A stretch of DNA of 64,000 nt, taken from Eledone cirrhosa. Its lineage: Eukaryota. Location of the stretch: assembly GCA_964016885.1 (NCBI GenBank), contig OZ024741.1:297848001-297912000 (forward strand), given 5' to 3'. Below the pieces are notes generated by a model that worked only from the letters and a program-made list of their open reading frames with translations, ran no database searches and was not told the origin of the DNA. Position 1 is the stretch's first letter. Each line of letters starts with the position of its first letter. Shown one piece after another: positions 53,237 to 64,000 of this stretch. The position numbers were made by a program, and so were the translations under genes.

Positions 53237-53793
53237 CTAGAAATAGAAAGCAATAAAGAGTTGATGGCCAGTTGTTGTTCATAATTCTTCATCAGGTGCA
53301 CTGAACTGCAAGAGAGAAAATATGATTTTAGTGTTCTGAAGCAGTAAAGATATATACTCCCACGTTTGACCACAATTTATCGATGAGAACAAAAATTTCC
53401 TATCACCAAAATATCTACAATATATATAAATTATAAATGAGTAAAATATTCTATTTTGGTAGTTTCAGTCATTTGCTAAATTTACTTGATTTATTTTATT
53501 GTATTGTATCTGTATAAATAAATACTGTTTATATTATTTGTGTATATGACAACTTCTAAATATAACATTTAAACTGTCATATTAATATTTAATACTTGGA
53601 GTCAGCTAGTTTGTATAAACACTGTAACATGCAAAGATACAGTAAGATAGAAGTATCATAGACACTTTGACGTATTAGAGGAAGTGTCATAGAGTGTATG
53701 ATATGTATTAGAGGGAGTGTTATAGAGAGTATGGCATATATTAGAGGGGGTGTCATAAGCTGGCTGACATATCTTGGAAGAAGTTTAACTTAC

Positions 53794-53864
53794 ACAGACA
53801 CTATGACATATGAGCAGATCCTTGAAATATGTAAAGGTTCCATCTAAGTTTCCAAAAGGACTTT
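53794..53864 (-). CDS. CFAP119: CFAP119-like exon
   Basis: tttcag / gtaagt, 71 nt, phase 1-0; (K)SPFGNLDGTFTYFKDLLICHSVC. Confidence 0.9.
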
Positions 53865-54078
53865 CTGAAAAGGATAAAGTAGATTTTGTATGAAATGCAA
53901 AGTTTTGACAAAACAAAATGACAAATTAACCTAAACAATTGTCTTGTAGAATCTCAGATCAACAATAATTAACAACAACAATAAAAATAATAAAAGTAAA
54001 TGAAAACCAAAGATAGTCTGTCTATATTCCAATAATTCTTTTTGTTATCTAACTAGGGCCAAGCCTTGGTAGACTTAC

Positions 54079-54248
54079 TTGTACAGACTTCATGGACTTG
54101 TTTAATGATAGAAAAGTAGGTAGATAGCTGTTCAGCTCTGAAGTGTTCATCCCTTGCAAACTGTATAGTATAGGTGTAAAGGTTGAGCAGAATCTCTTCT
54201 TTGGGATCAGGTGGGTCACTATTGAGTTTAAAGATCTCAGCAAGGATA
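54079..54248 (-). CDS. CFAP119: CFAP119-like exon
   Basis: ttttag / gtaagt, 170 nt, phase 2-1; ILAEIFKL...ILLNLYTYTIQFARDEHFRAEQLSTYFSIIKQVHEVCT. Confidence 0.9.
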
Positions 54249-54529
54249 CTAAAAGACAGAAAGAGAGCAGAATTGAAAAAGAAAATATTATCACTATTAT
54301 GTGTATATTTCACATATTTTCATTCATTACAATAAAATAAAGCACCAGTAATACAACGGAGTCAATTTAATCGACTTTCCCCTCCCCACAAATTGCTTGC
54401 CTTGTGACTGAATCAGAAACCATTCTTATAAGTATTATCTGTAGATTGTGTATTAGCAATACCTATAGAGTCAGTAACAGAAGTATCAGCTTTAGTATAC
54501 ATTGGTATGTACCTTATTTTTTCCTTATA

Positions 54530-55100
54530 TCCACATTTAGGGCCTCGTTGTAGTAGCCTGCATTTTCCATAAAGATCTCCTTGGTTGCTGATAATTTAGA
54601 GACCCTCATAGAGATGTTTACTAGGCTGGTTAATAAAAGAACTAGGGTAGTTGAAGTTCCAATGTACATAGTGGAGGTTCTCATTCGGCTTGTGGTAGGG
54701 GCAGTAGAGACCCATGGATAGGTCTATAGTTATGTCTGAAAAGTTTACTTTATTTGTTATTACTCTCAAAAGTAATAGAGAGGTTGTATTGCCTAAAAAA
54801 TCACCTAATCTGTTTTCTACATCTCTCCAAAGCTGACATAAACGAACAATAAAACACAAAACGCTGGAGAAGCCTGCGTCCAAAGGTGACAGAAGGTTGT
54901 CGAAAATGGAGGTACTCATGTGGAGGTCTACAGCTAGTCATCGAGGCATTGGAACATGATAGCAGGTTTAGTGAGTACAGCTTCAATGACTTCTTTAGTA
55001 ATGCTAAAATATGATTAAACTTAGTTTCTTGTGTAATTATTAAGAATTTTTTTAAAGTGTGTAGTGACTTTAGGAACATCCTGTATATTCCATTTCATGG
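54530..55100 (-). pseudogene. Degraded PLE RT fragment
   Basis: VNFSDITIDLSMGLYCPYHKPNENLHYVH matches ANFLDISLNLDTGLYYPYHKDNENLNYVN of the PLE at ~15.5 kb. Confidence 0.7.
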
Positions 55101-56877
55101 TATGGCCATAAGAGAAACTACTTAGATTCTGGTACAATGACATCGTTGTAAAATGTCATGGTACAACCATATGGTGGTACAGTATGGTGGTACAACCACA
55201 AACAGCTGAACTACAAAGTGTGAAGTCACTACGTGCATGTAGGTGGATAGAGCTAGGAGGTGGTGGGGGTTGAGTGAATGTTGGAAAACGTTCAGTACTG
55301 ATGCCACAACAGCCACGGCACTGGGTGCCACATGACCACAGATGCGTGCATAAGAGAAACAAGCACATATGCATCCTCAAGCGAGAGCCCTGGAATGCGT
55401 ATGTCATACGTGTGCATGCATCAGAAAGTGTAAGGGGTGGAGTGATAGTGTTATAATGACCGTGGATGCAAATATATGGGTATATGATGCAACCATATGT
55501 GTGTATGTATGAGGTTGTGTGCATTGAAAGCTACATCTCTGTGTGATAGGACTGGTGAGTGCAATAGGATGGATATGCCTGTGTGCAAGGGATTTGTTTC
55601 AGTGGGGTACCAGTGACAGGTCCCCCGACTTTTTTAGGAATGGGGGAAAAACCATCTTTTGCTTTTTGTTTATTTGATTGTTTTTTGTTTATTTAATTCT
55701 TTTGAAGCTTATTTTTTTATATCTGAACTTCATTTGAATATATAAAATTTAATTAGCGTAAAATGTTACTTATGTGATAGGGTCTGGGAAAGGCACTATA
55801 AGCAATATTAACATGCTCCTTTAAGAATCAACAAATGTTGGTTTGTCCCCCCTCACATTTTTAAGGCAAACGAGGCCCCTGCATGTGTGCAAATAGGAAT
55901 TTGAGGGTTAGGTGTGCGCAGAGCTATATGTGTATTGGGTGGTATATATGGGTATTGTAAATGTGGGTAGGTATTGTGTGGTGGCTAGAGTTATGTGTGT
56001 ATATATGTGCATGTGTTACTTGTGTGTGAGCAAGGATAAAGAGAGGTTATAGAAACTGCGTGTTGGGGAGGGCAGTGAATTGAGTTCATTCAGAAGAGTA
56101 GCTCTAATGTTAAAAATCAAGTTCTGGTGCAAGTGGCTGGAGATCTGTGGTGTAAAATCAGGCTTGAGACAGTGAGGTGTTGAATAGAGTGGTTGGGGAA
56201 CAGAAGTGACGAACAACAGGGGTGTCTTTACCTAGTGTGTCCCTCAGGGGTTCAGCGAATCAGTCTGCCAGACAGAAGACTATTAGTCCAATGTATATGG
56301 ACCCTTAAAGGGAAAACCAGAAGACATAGATGATGTTAGTAGAGGTGCAGGTGAAAGAGTGGCAAATATGAAAAGAATGGTTCGTATCTTCGAGGGTGGT
56401 GAGGCTTGTTATGTAGGGACAAGTATTACAGCAGGGGCAAGTACAGAGATGGGAGTCAGGTAGAGTCCTAGAGGAGGAAAAAAGTTGACCATTTCAGGGT
56501 CAACCTCCTTTCAAAGTATTTTCCCATTATGAGCATTTTGGCTGTATTACATTACAGACATGCAAGCAAACAATCACAGAGTTTTAGTAGTATAGAGATA
56601 GATTTTTAGAAGTGGAGTCCATATTGCAAGGACATCTGCTGACGAGCTATACTTCAGTATGTAAACTCTACTTAGAATACCGAAACATACTCTAATTTGA
56701 GCATGTCTAGATGTTATAGTTATAATTGGATGGTTAGTACACTTTAATATATTTTTTTAATTGATTTGTATTCACCATTCTTTCCATAGTTAATATGTTC
56801 TGCACACTGGTGGTTTTAAATCCCTTATGATAGAACACATATCTCTGTGTGTACTTCTTTCTATATGCTGATTTATA

Positions 56878-56911
<34 letters not shown>

Positions 56912-57117
56912 AACTCCTAACTCTGACATTTCCTTATATTTGAAATCACTCATAAGCAAAATCATAGGTAAATGGCATATTGTTATATTGGAAGCAGCCT
57001 TACTTTAAACTAACAACTATGAAACACTGAATAAGATCTGACCATACAATATGCCTGGTTCTTTTACCAAAGAAATGTTTGCGTAATGAAATCCAATTTT
57101 CAACAATAAATACTTAC

Positions 57118-57183
57118 TCTTTCACACGGTTCAGTGTTGGGGCTTTTTTAAGTTTTATTGATTGTTCATGGCCTAAGTCTTTC
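57118..57183 (-). CDS. CFAP119: CFAP119-like exon
   Basis: cacag / gtaagt, 66 nt, phase 2-2; (W)KDLGHEQSIKLKKAPTLNRVK(D). Confidence 0.8.
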
Positions 57184-57559
57184 CTGTGGTGATTTCAATA
57201 TAAACATGAAAAGAAAATATTAAATATATTAATAGCTGTGTTTAGAATAGATACACTGTACCCTTGTGTGTCATAAAAAGCAACTAAAAGAGTTAGTATC
57301 AGGAAGAGCATCCAAATGTAAAAGGAAGAGCATCCAAATGTAAAAGTCCTGTCCAACTCATGCCAGCTTGAAAAAGTTGATGTAAAAACGACGACGACAA
57401 TGATGACAACGACGAGGGTGAGTGACGACGATGATGATAAAACAACAAGCCCCAAACTATTTTATATGCATGTGGAATTATTTCTATGAAATATATTCAC
57501 TTTACCAAAATAATCTATGAATAATTTGTAAAAGTAAACTTTTATCACTAAACATAATG

Positions 57560-58838
57560 CTTTCTTTATTAACCACAAGGGTTGACACAAAGTATAACAT
57601 TAAGGACAACATAGGACAATACAAATGAGCATTTCTGCACGTAAAAAAAACAAAAACAGAGTATGTGACAAGAAGGAAACAATGAAAAAAATTCCCCAAT
57701 AGGGAGGAGACCTCTGAGGATCGCTCGTGGAGGGCAAATGCGCTCTTCCAGTTTTCCTCCCACTATGCTACAGGCACAACCTCAGGGTAGGCCCATTCAC
57801 ACGGGCCATTCTTGCCTCTCTCACCCACCTTTCAACAAACTGGCTGGAAGTCAGCAGTTCCTTCTCCACCCTGATTTTCCTTTTCAGGTGAAACCTGAAA
57901 AAGTTAATGAGGGCGTCACCGAAGAGGAAAGTACCCATCTTCAACCCTTTCAGACGTGTCCACCATACAATCTCTTTTACCATGGCCACCAGGCAGATAA
58001 AAACTGCCTGCCCTTCCCAGCTAAAGGAAGGCGGCGGGGCAATTCTCACGATGGACTCAGCTGATAGCCCGATCTGTTCTACACATGACAGCAGGTGTTT
58101 GGCATAAACCCACAAGTCAGCAATGCTCGGACACTGGACGAGTGCGTGCAGGACGGTTTCATCACCCTACACGCATCTCGGACAGGCCCGGCTGACAGCA
58201 CTTCCATGCCTGTAGAGTTTATCCCGAACTGGCAAGGCTCCTTGGTAGCACTGCCAGGTCAGGGATTTCTGGAAGTTGTTCATGGTCCCCAGCCCGAAAG
58301 TTCTCCCAAAGAGATTGGCTAGTTGGTTTTCGTTGACACCTAGTCTCCCCAAGGACGTTGTCGCTCTTTCCCTCCACTAACGCTCTATAGAACTCCAAAG
58401 TGGAGCTTCCAGCGATCGTATTGCCCAACTGGTCGAGGGCTGTAAGCACCTGAAGACATTCCAGTCTCCAAGCGCTTCCTCTCAGTCTTCGCTTGACCTA
58501 GGACAGCAGCCCCATCAAGGAGATGAGCTGGGGAAACATGTGTCTAGCAAAGGGCAACCACACCTGATCACCATTGAGGAAGAGGTGGAGATGTCGTAGC
58601 CTGAGCACATGTCTGCGCATCATCAGCCACGGCATGCCCAGCTCTCCACGTAGCGGGTGTTGACAGCAGATGGACCGCCAGACCATCGGAAATGTCCCTT
58701 CCACAAAAAGTGAAAGAGCAAACGCTCCAGTGCAGTCAGGTGAGGCTTAGGACAAGGCACGACGGTCAGGCGGTAGTAGATGACGGACGCGATGTACGCG
58801 TTCGCCACCTCCACTTGACCTTTCAGAGATAGCTTTTT
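57560..58838 (-). mobile_element. L1/Tx1-type LINE 3' part, frameshifted
   Basis: VANAYIASVIYYRL, LFHFLWKG, GELGMP, ALPVRDKL, CPRC; ends cccttgtggttaataaa. Confidence 0.8.
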
Positions 58839-59705
58839 AGGGTGGCTTCCTGAAGTTCATGTTGCAGATGGTTAACTGCTGGGCATCACAAAAGTCCAAA
58901 GCCTAACCCCTTCTTCATTTCTGGTACCATACTCATAGCCTCCATGCACACCAAGAAAGCCATCAGGGTGTTTCCCAACATATCCACTGAAGTCACCAGC
59001 CATGATAATGAGATCACTGTCATTTGTCACTGAGGCAGTCTGTAAGAGGTGATCCTTCTGATATTGTGAAAATCTAGCTCATGGAGCGTATACAGAGATT
59101 AAAGTAACCGTCGAATTGCCCACGGCTAGTCAGAGTTTGATTATTTTATTACACTCCTTGACTACCACAATTACCTTGTCCCCCAATTTCTATGCCAATA
59201 GTATTCCTACCCACCAACACCATCATTGTTACCCACCGAGAAGAACTTGTACCTATGTTCCTTGTTTGAGATGAATCTGACTGAAACTCCACTCCACATT
59301 ACTAGTTGTACACATCATACATCTACATGCCTCTGCTCTAGCATCTCCACAAGCTTGCCAGATCTACCCTTCATCGTGTCCATATTCATAGTAGCAAAAA
59401 ATTATATTTGTTAAATCTATTTCAAATACTGGAGGCCAACTTGTTATGTGCAGCATGTGATCTTGTAGGACTTGTTTATCAAAGGTCACCTCTCATTAAA
59501 CAGAACTATGATTAAACCATTTCATCTACGACCATTCCATATTAGTTTTAGACAACCCAACCAGTGTGTATTTAGGCGTTTCTTGGTTATTCTGTTGTAG
59601 TAGTGTTCTAATGTGCATGGGGTGTTGTGATGTTTGTGTGCATTGGTGACATAGTAGTATTCAATTGTGTTGTTCATATGATTAGATGTTTGTGGAGTGT
59701 TGCTG

Positions 59706-60176
59706 TACTCTCAGATCCAAATAATAGGGGGTGGGGAGGAATAAGCGCATGGGGGTGGGGAGCTGGGTGAGTTGGAATATCAGTAATTTTTCTAGGTTGT
59801 CTCCCTTGATCTTTTTAAAAACCAGAAGTAGTTAGTTATTTAGTTTTCATATTGAGACCCCAACCTATCCTATTTATTTTATAATGTACTAGCAGAATGG
59901 CCCCGCATTGCTCGGGATTTGTTCTAGGGTTTTTATATATTTGATATATATTTATCCTTATCGAGCCTCATGAAATAAATACGTTTGTTTATATTTTGTT
60001 ATTGTGCATGCAAAAATATCTGTACACGAATATATAATTATATATATATATATAAATTAAAATAACAGATTAAAGTTTAAGCAAAGAATCACTGCTTTCA
60101 CCCTTAACGGGATCTTCTGAAACTAAAAAAAAATCAATCTGTGAACGCAGAAGTAAATATTTCGAAAAACGTTACA

Positions 60177-60218
<42 letters not shown>

Positions 60219-60721
60219 TATATATACATATATACACACACAAACCGTGTCATAATGTCGTAATGCAGACAGCTAGACATACAGACAGATATTATAAGTG
60301 CGTAACGTTATATCCATGTATCTATCTAAAAAGAAAGACTAAGAGAGAGAGAAAGAGATCGCTTTTTCGCCTAATGTGGTCCCTAGGGCATTGAAAATTT
60401 GAAAACACTCACAGGACCATAAGTATTACATGTGTAAAGTTTGAAAACAATCGGTTTGGTGGTTCTCGAGTTTTAGGATGTCAGACAGACATTCTCTGTT
60501 TTAGATATATAGATAAGATTTCTAGTAATGTACTTTTTTTTGTCATGTATAGTGTCTTCTAATGAAAATTAATTGAAATTAATGAAAATTAATTGTTGCA
60601 GAAATGCTACCACTTAAAATAAAATTTTGCTGGAGATAGATTAGAAAAATGTATTGGGGGGGTCGATCTGAAAAAATAATAAGGAGGGGAGGGGGGGACG
60701 ATTATTCAAGACACAAGAGTA
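59706..60721. mobile_element. Tc1/mariner-type MITE interrupted by a HINE-like element
   Basis: TA-CTCTCAGATCCAAATAAT...ATTATTCAAGACACAAGAG-TA; the flanks rejoin to match 21410-21722. Confidence 0.6.
59888..60514 (+). mobile_element. Helentron-associated (HINE/Lep1-like) non-autonomous element
   Basis: Begins ACTAGCAGAATGGCCCCGCATTGCTCGGG; ends aaagtttg..aatcgg..acagacagacattctctgttttagatatatagat; second copy at 48478-48890. Confidence 0.6.
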
Positions 60722-60784
60722 TATTACTGTTGTGTGTAGATGTATATGGCTGTTGTAGTAGTGTTCTAGCGAGTTGATGTTGTA

Positions 60785-61275
60785 GTGACTGTGTGGTAAG
60801 GGTGTTGGACTAACAACGATAATGTCATGGGTTCAATCCCTGAGCTGGGTTGTGTGTTGTGTTCTTGAGCAAAACACTTTATCTCACATTGCTCTAGTAT
60901 ACTCAGCTGAAAATGAGTACCAGCAATAGCTGGTGGGGTTTAACCCTTTAGCATTCACATTACTCTATATATACTATTATATTTTCATGGTAAAGGCTTT
61001 ACCTCACATAATTATCTCACATAATATTGAATCTATGAGATTTAAAAAAGTATTTATTTTGAGAACAATACCTTAACATCTGTTTGAGTGACCAGTTACA
61101 GCCAGTTTCAACAGAAAAAGGTAGAGAATTCTGGCCGGTTTGAACATTAAAGGGTTAACCATGCAACGGACTGGCATCCTGTCTAGGGGAAGTCTTGTAC
61201 TTTCAGTCACTTCAGGCCATGAAACCAGGATAAGCATCAGCCTGACAAGCTTCCTGGCTAGAGGTAGACTTTACA
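60785..61275 (+). mobile_element. SINE family C (tRNA head, CORE-like and V-like domains) interrupted by a MITE
   Basis: GGTTCAATCCC; gtgttcttgagcaaaacacttt; ggactggcatcctgtctagggg. Confidence 0.65.
60944..61154. mobile_element. piggyBac-type MITE
   Basis: TTAA on both sides (60940-43, 61155-58); TIR CCCTTTAGCATTCA / TGAACATTAAAGGG. Confidence 0.8.
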
Positions 61276-61531
61276 CAACACTATATGTTTCAAGGGTGTC
61301 TGTAGTGGCTGTATGGTAATGCTGTAACTGTATTCTGGTATACTATGGTATTCTGGTGTCTTCAGATGTCTCTGGGTTGTTGTTATTATAGAAGTGTTCT
61401 GGTATGTTGTGTTATTGAAGTGTTCTGGCATGTTGTTGTGTTTTGCAGTATTGTTGGTATATTCAAATGTGTATGGGGTACTGTAGTGACTATGTGGTGG
61501 TGCTGTACAAATTGGATAACAGCAAACTTAC

Positions 61532-61566
61532 CAAATAACAAGCTTGTGACAGAAACATTGAGGTTG
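61532..61566 (-). CDS. CFAP119: CFAP119-like small 5' exon
   Basis: ttttcag / gtaagt, 35 nt, phase 0-2; QPQCFCHKLVI(W), completing the split TGG with the next exon. Confidence 0.7.
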
Positions 61567-62485
61567 CTGAAAATGAAATAGTTAATATAGTTAAATAAAT
61601 AGTTAATTATTTCCAGATTTGAATATAATTATGACTTCATTTCTAATTATTTAGTCAGAGAAGAAGAATCAGGCTCATGTATGTTGTAAGCCCTCTCTGA
61701 TTGGCATAGGTGATGTTTAAATTAATTGCCTGCATGTTTGTCTGTAAGGGAAATACAAACAGATAGGAAGTTCCAATAAGGTGTAGTTCTGGAAAAGAAA
61801 GATTAGTTGAAAGTAAAACTTCCATGCTCCTTCAAAACTTCCATGCTCCTTCAAAACTTCAATACTCCTTCAAAACATCCATGCTTCCAAAATTCGCCAA
61901 CACTACATCTAATATTTTCCCTCCATACACATGTATGCATGTATCATCATCATCATCATCATCGTTTAACGTCTATCTTCCATGCTAGCATGGGTTAGAT
62001 GGGAATTGTCCCACTTAAGGCAAGATTGATTGGGTGACCGTGTCTCGCTCGTACAGGACTGTATCATCACCATTTTACGCCCGTTCTTCCACGCTAGCAT
62101 GGGTTAGACGGGTTGTCCTGTTGTGGGCAGTGTCCGGTCAGCTGACCTTGTCTTGCTCATACGGGAACTGATTCTGGCTTGATTTCTACAGCTGGATGCC
62201 CTTCCTAACACCAACCTCATTTACAGTGGGTGCTTTTTTTCTGTGGCGCCCTACACGTACTTTTACAGTGTGGGCTGGGTGCTGTTTTGCCGTGGCACCT
62301 CCACGACCACTTTGCAGTGGAATGATAGGGACCCCAGTCCTATCATCTCATTTCTACAGCTGAGTAAACTGGAGCAATATGAAATAAACTGTCTTGCTCA
62401 AGGAAACAACACATCACTCGGTCCGAGAATTGAACTAACAACCTTTCGATTGCAAGCCCAATGCTCTAACCACTAAGCCATGCGT

Positions 62486-62728
62486 ATATTATGACCCATA
62501 CACTGTTCACTTTCCTGGGCTCTTTACATTCTGAGTTCAAATCCCGCCAAGGTTAACTTTGCCTTTCATCCTTACGGGGTCGATAAAATAAAGCGCCAGT
62601 AATGCACTGGGGTAATTGCTGGCATTGTGCTAAATGTAGAAACGATTATTCTAAGTACTATACATGCACCTTTGATGAGTTGTAGTGCGCCTGAGCACTG
62701 TACACAATAGTTTTCATTATTATTATTT
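62486..62728 (+). mobile_element. CR1-like 3' tail containing a SINE A fragment (~62520-62650)
   Basis: The LINE UTR resumes at attattctaagtactatacatgc after the SINE tail. Confidence 0.8.
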
Positions 62729-64000
62729 TAATAACAACAGCAACATCAATGAGGAGGAGGAGGATAGCTGTCATTGTGATGCTGATAAGGATGATGATGA
62801 TGATGATAATGACATGGAATAAAATGGATCTCTATTGGTTTCAATAATGAGTGTTCCAGTAGTTTGAGCAACAGAACAGCCAGCTCCAGAAACTAACATA
62901 CAAGTGGCTGAATATTCCACAAACAAGTGCTTCCATAACATAATTCTTAAGGAGATTCAGCATAGCACAATGTTTGAAGCTGGCCCTTTGAATTACAGGT
63001 ACAAGTCCATTTAACAGTTTTGTTGATCTAATTTCACTTGCCGAAGATGCCATACAGCAGAATCAAATCCAGAACCTTTTGGTTGTAAACTAAACTTCTT
63101 AAGCATTTAACCATACTGTGTCCAAACTGATATATTTATTAATCAATATTAAAAATATCTCATATTGTAACAGTAAATCGATGGGTGTTATAAACTAGTG
63201 TGGTCTTTCTCTTCAGCATCAGAAAATACCTTAGCAGTTTCCACCAAAATTACTAACCTTCTACAAAGTTCAGGTATTATATTAATATTCTTAATTCTGG
63301 TAAGGAGTTGCTGCTACACACACAAACATCCTCGACTGTATCTAAAGAAAGATTGGCATGGCATCATTCACAAACATACTCCTGCTTCAAACCCATAAAC
63401 GTGCAGTCTCCTCTTTTTGTCTTTTCCACTACTTCAATGACCACTGCTCCCTGAAACTGGCTAGTCTTGTGCCATTGTCAATTAATCTTTTAGCAGTTAA
63501 GAAGATATTTTGTTGTAATAGCCGAAAAAGAAGTTATTGTTATTTGGCTGTAGCTTGGTTGAAGGTTGTAACACTTTAGCAGAAAAGAGAAGTTATTTGA
63601 TGTGGTTAGATGTCGCTGGGTTGTTGGTTGAAGCCACTTTAAATGATGAATCTTTAATATAGTTGTTGTTGGCAAGTGAGTAAGTGAAGTTGAGAGAAGC
63701 TATGTCCTATTTAAGGGAACAAAAACTGTACTCACTTGTGTGAGAAATGATATTACCTTGGGAAAAATGATTTTCCCATATCACATCAGAAGAAATATTT
63801 TTAGTATGTGTGTAGATTCAATGGTAGCAGGAATTATCAGAAGGCATCAAAAACTTTTTTGTAAAGGGTTTATTTTCAACCGTTCAGTATTACAATTAAA
63901 TGCTGCTGGCTCGCTGCATGAGTAAGTGAAACAAAAATGAAGTGTTGGAAGAAAGAGGTTGGTCCCTTGCCGATAGGGTTAAAGTTTCTTTTTTTACGTT

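Noticed and set aside
53270-53307. Upstream acceptor (ttgcag) and CTGATGA near a CFAP119 exon
   Set aside because: The extension contains stops in the coding frame, and no HHR 3' half follows.
55600-55882. hAT-like MITE (CAGTGG...CCCCTG)
   Set aside because: TIR match too short and no clear TSD.

Overview
AT-rich, repeat-dominated animal genomic DNA. The (TA)n/(CA)n/(ATT)n tracts and the tRNA-SINE, RTE, CR1, Penelope and mariner repertoire suggest an octopus/cephalopod; this is inference only. One host gene is readable: a minus-strand CFAP119/CCDC189-like cilia gene with 8 phase-consistent GT-AG exons between 61566 and 49097 (its start codon was not found). The rest is transposon-derived: a nearly full-length CR1/L2-type LINE with a candidate -1 frameshift site, two large RTE LINEs, L1/Tx1 3' ends, a mariner, several MITEs, about 20 copies of one ATTAT-targeting SINE, and at least four Penelope-like (PLE) coding remnants. 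The most striking unannotated signal is a dense set of type I hammerhead ribozyme (HHR) motifs, about 8 well formed and 5 or more decayed, in PLE ends and in short non-coding modules next to (TA)n tracts. Alongside them are fold-back palindromes whose symmetry centres fall on HHR stem II or stem III. One Naiad-like PLE has an in-frame TGA exactly at a conserved Cys. All structures were read by eye. Repeat boundaries are approximate, and most short ORFs in the supplied track are microsatellite artefacts.
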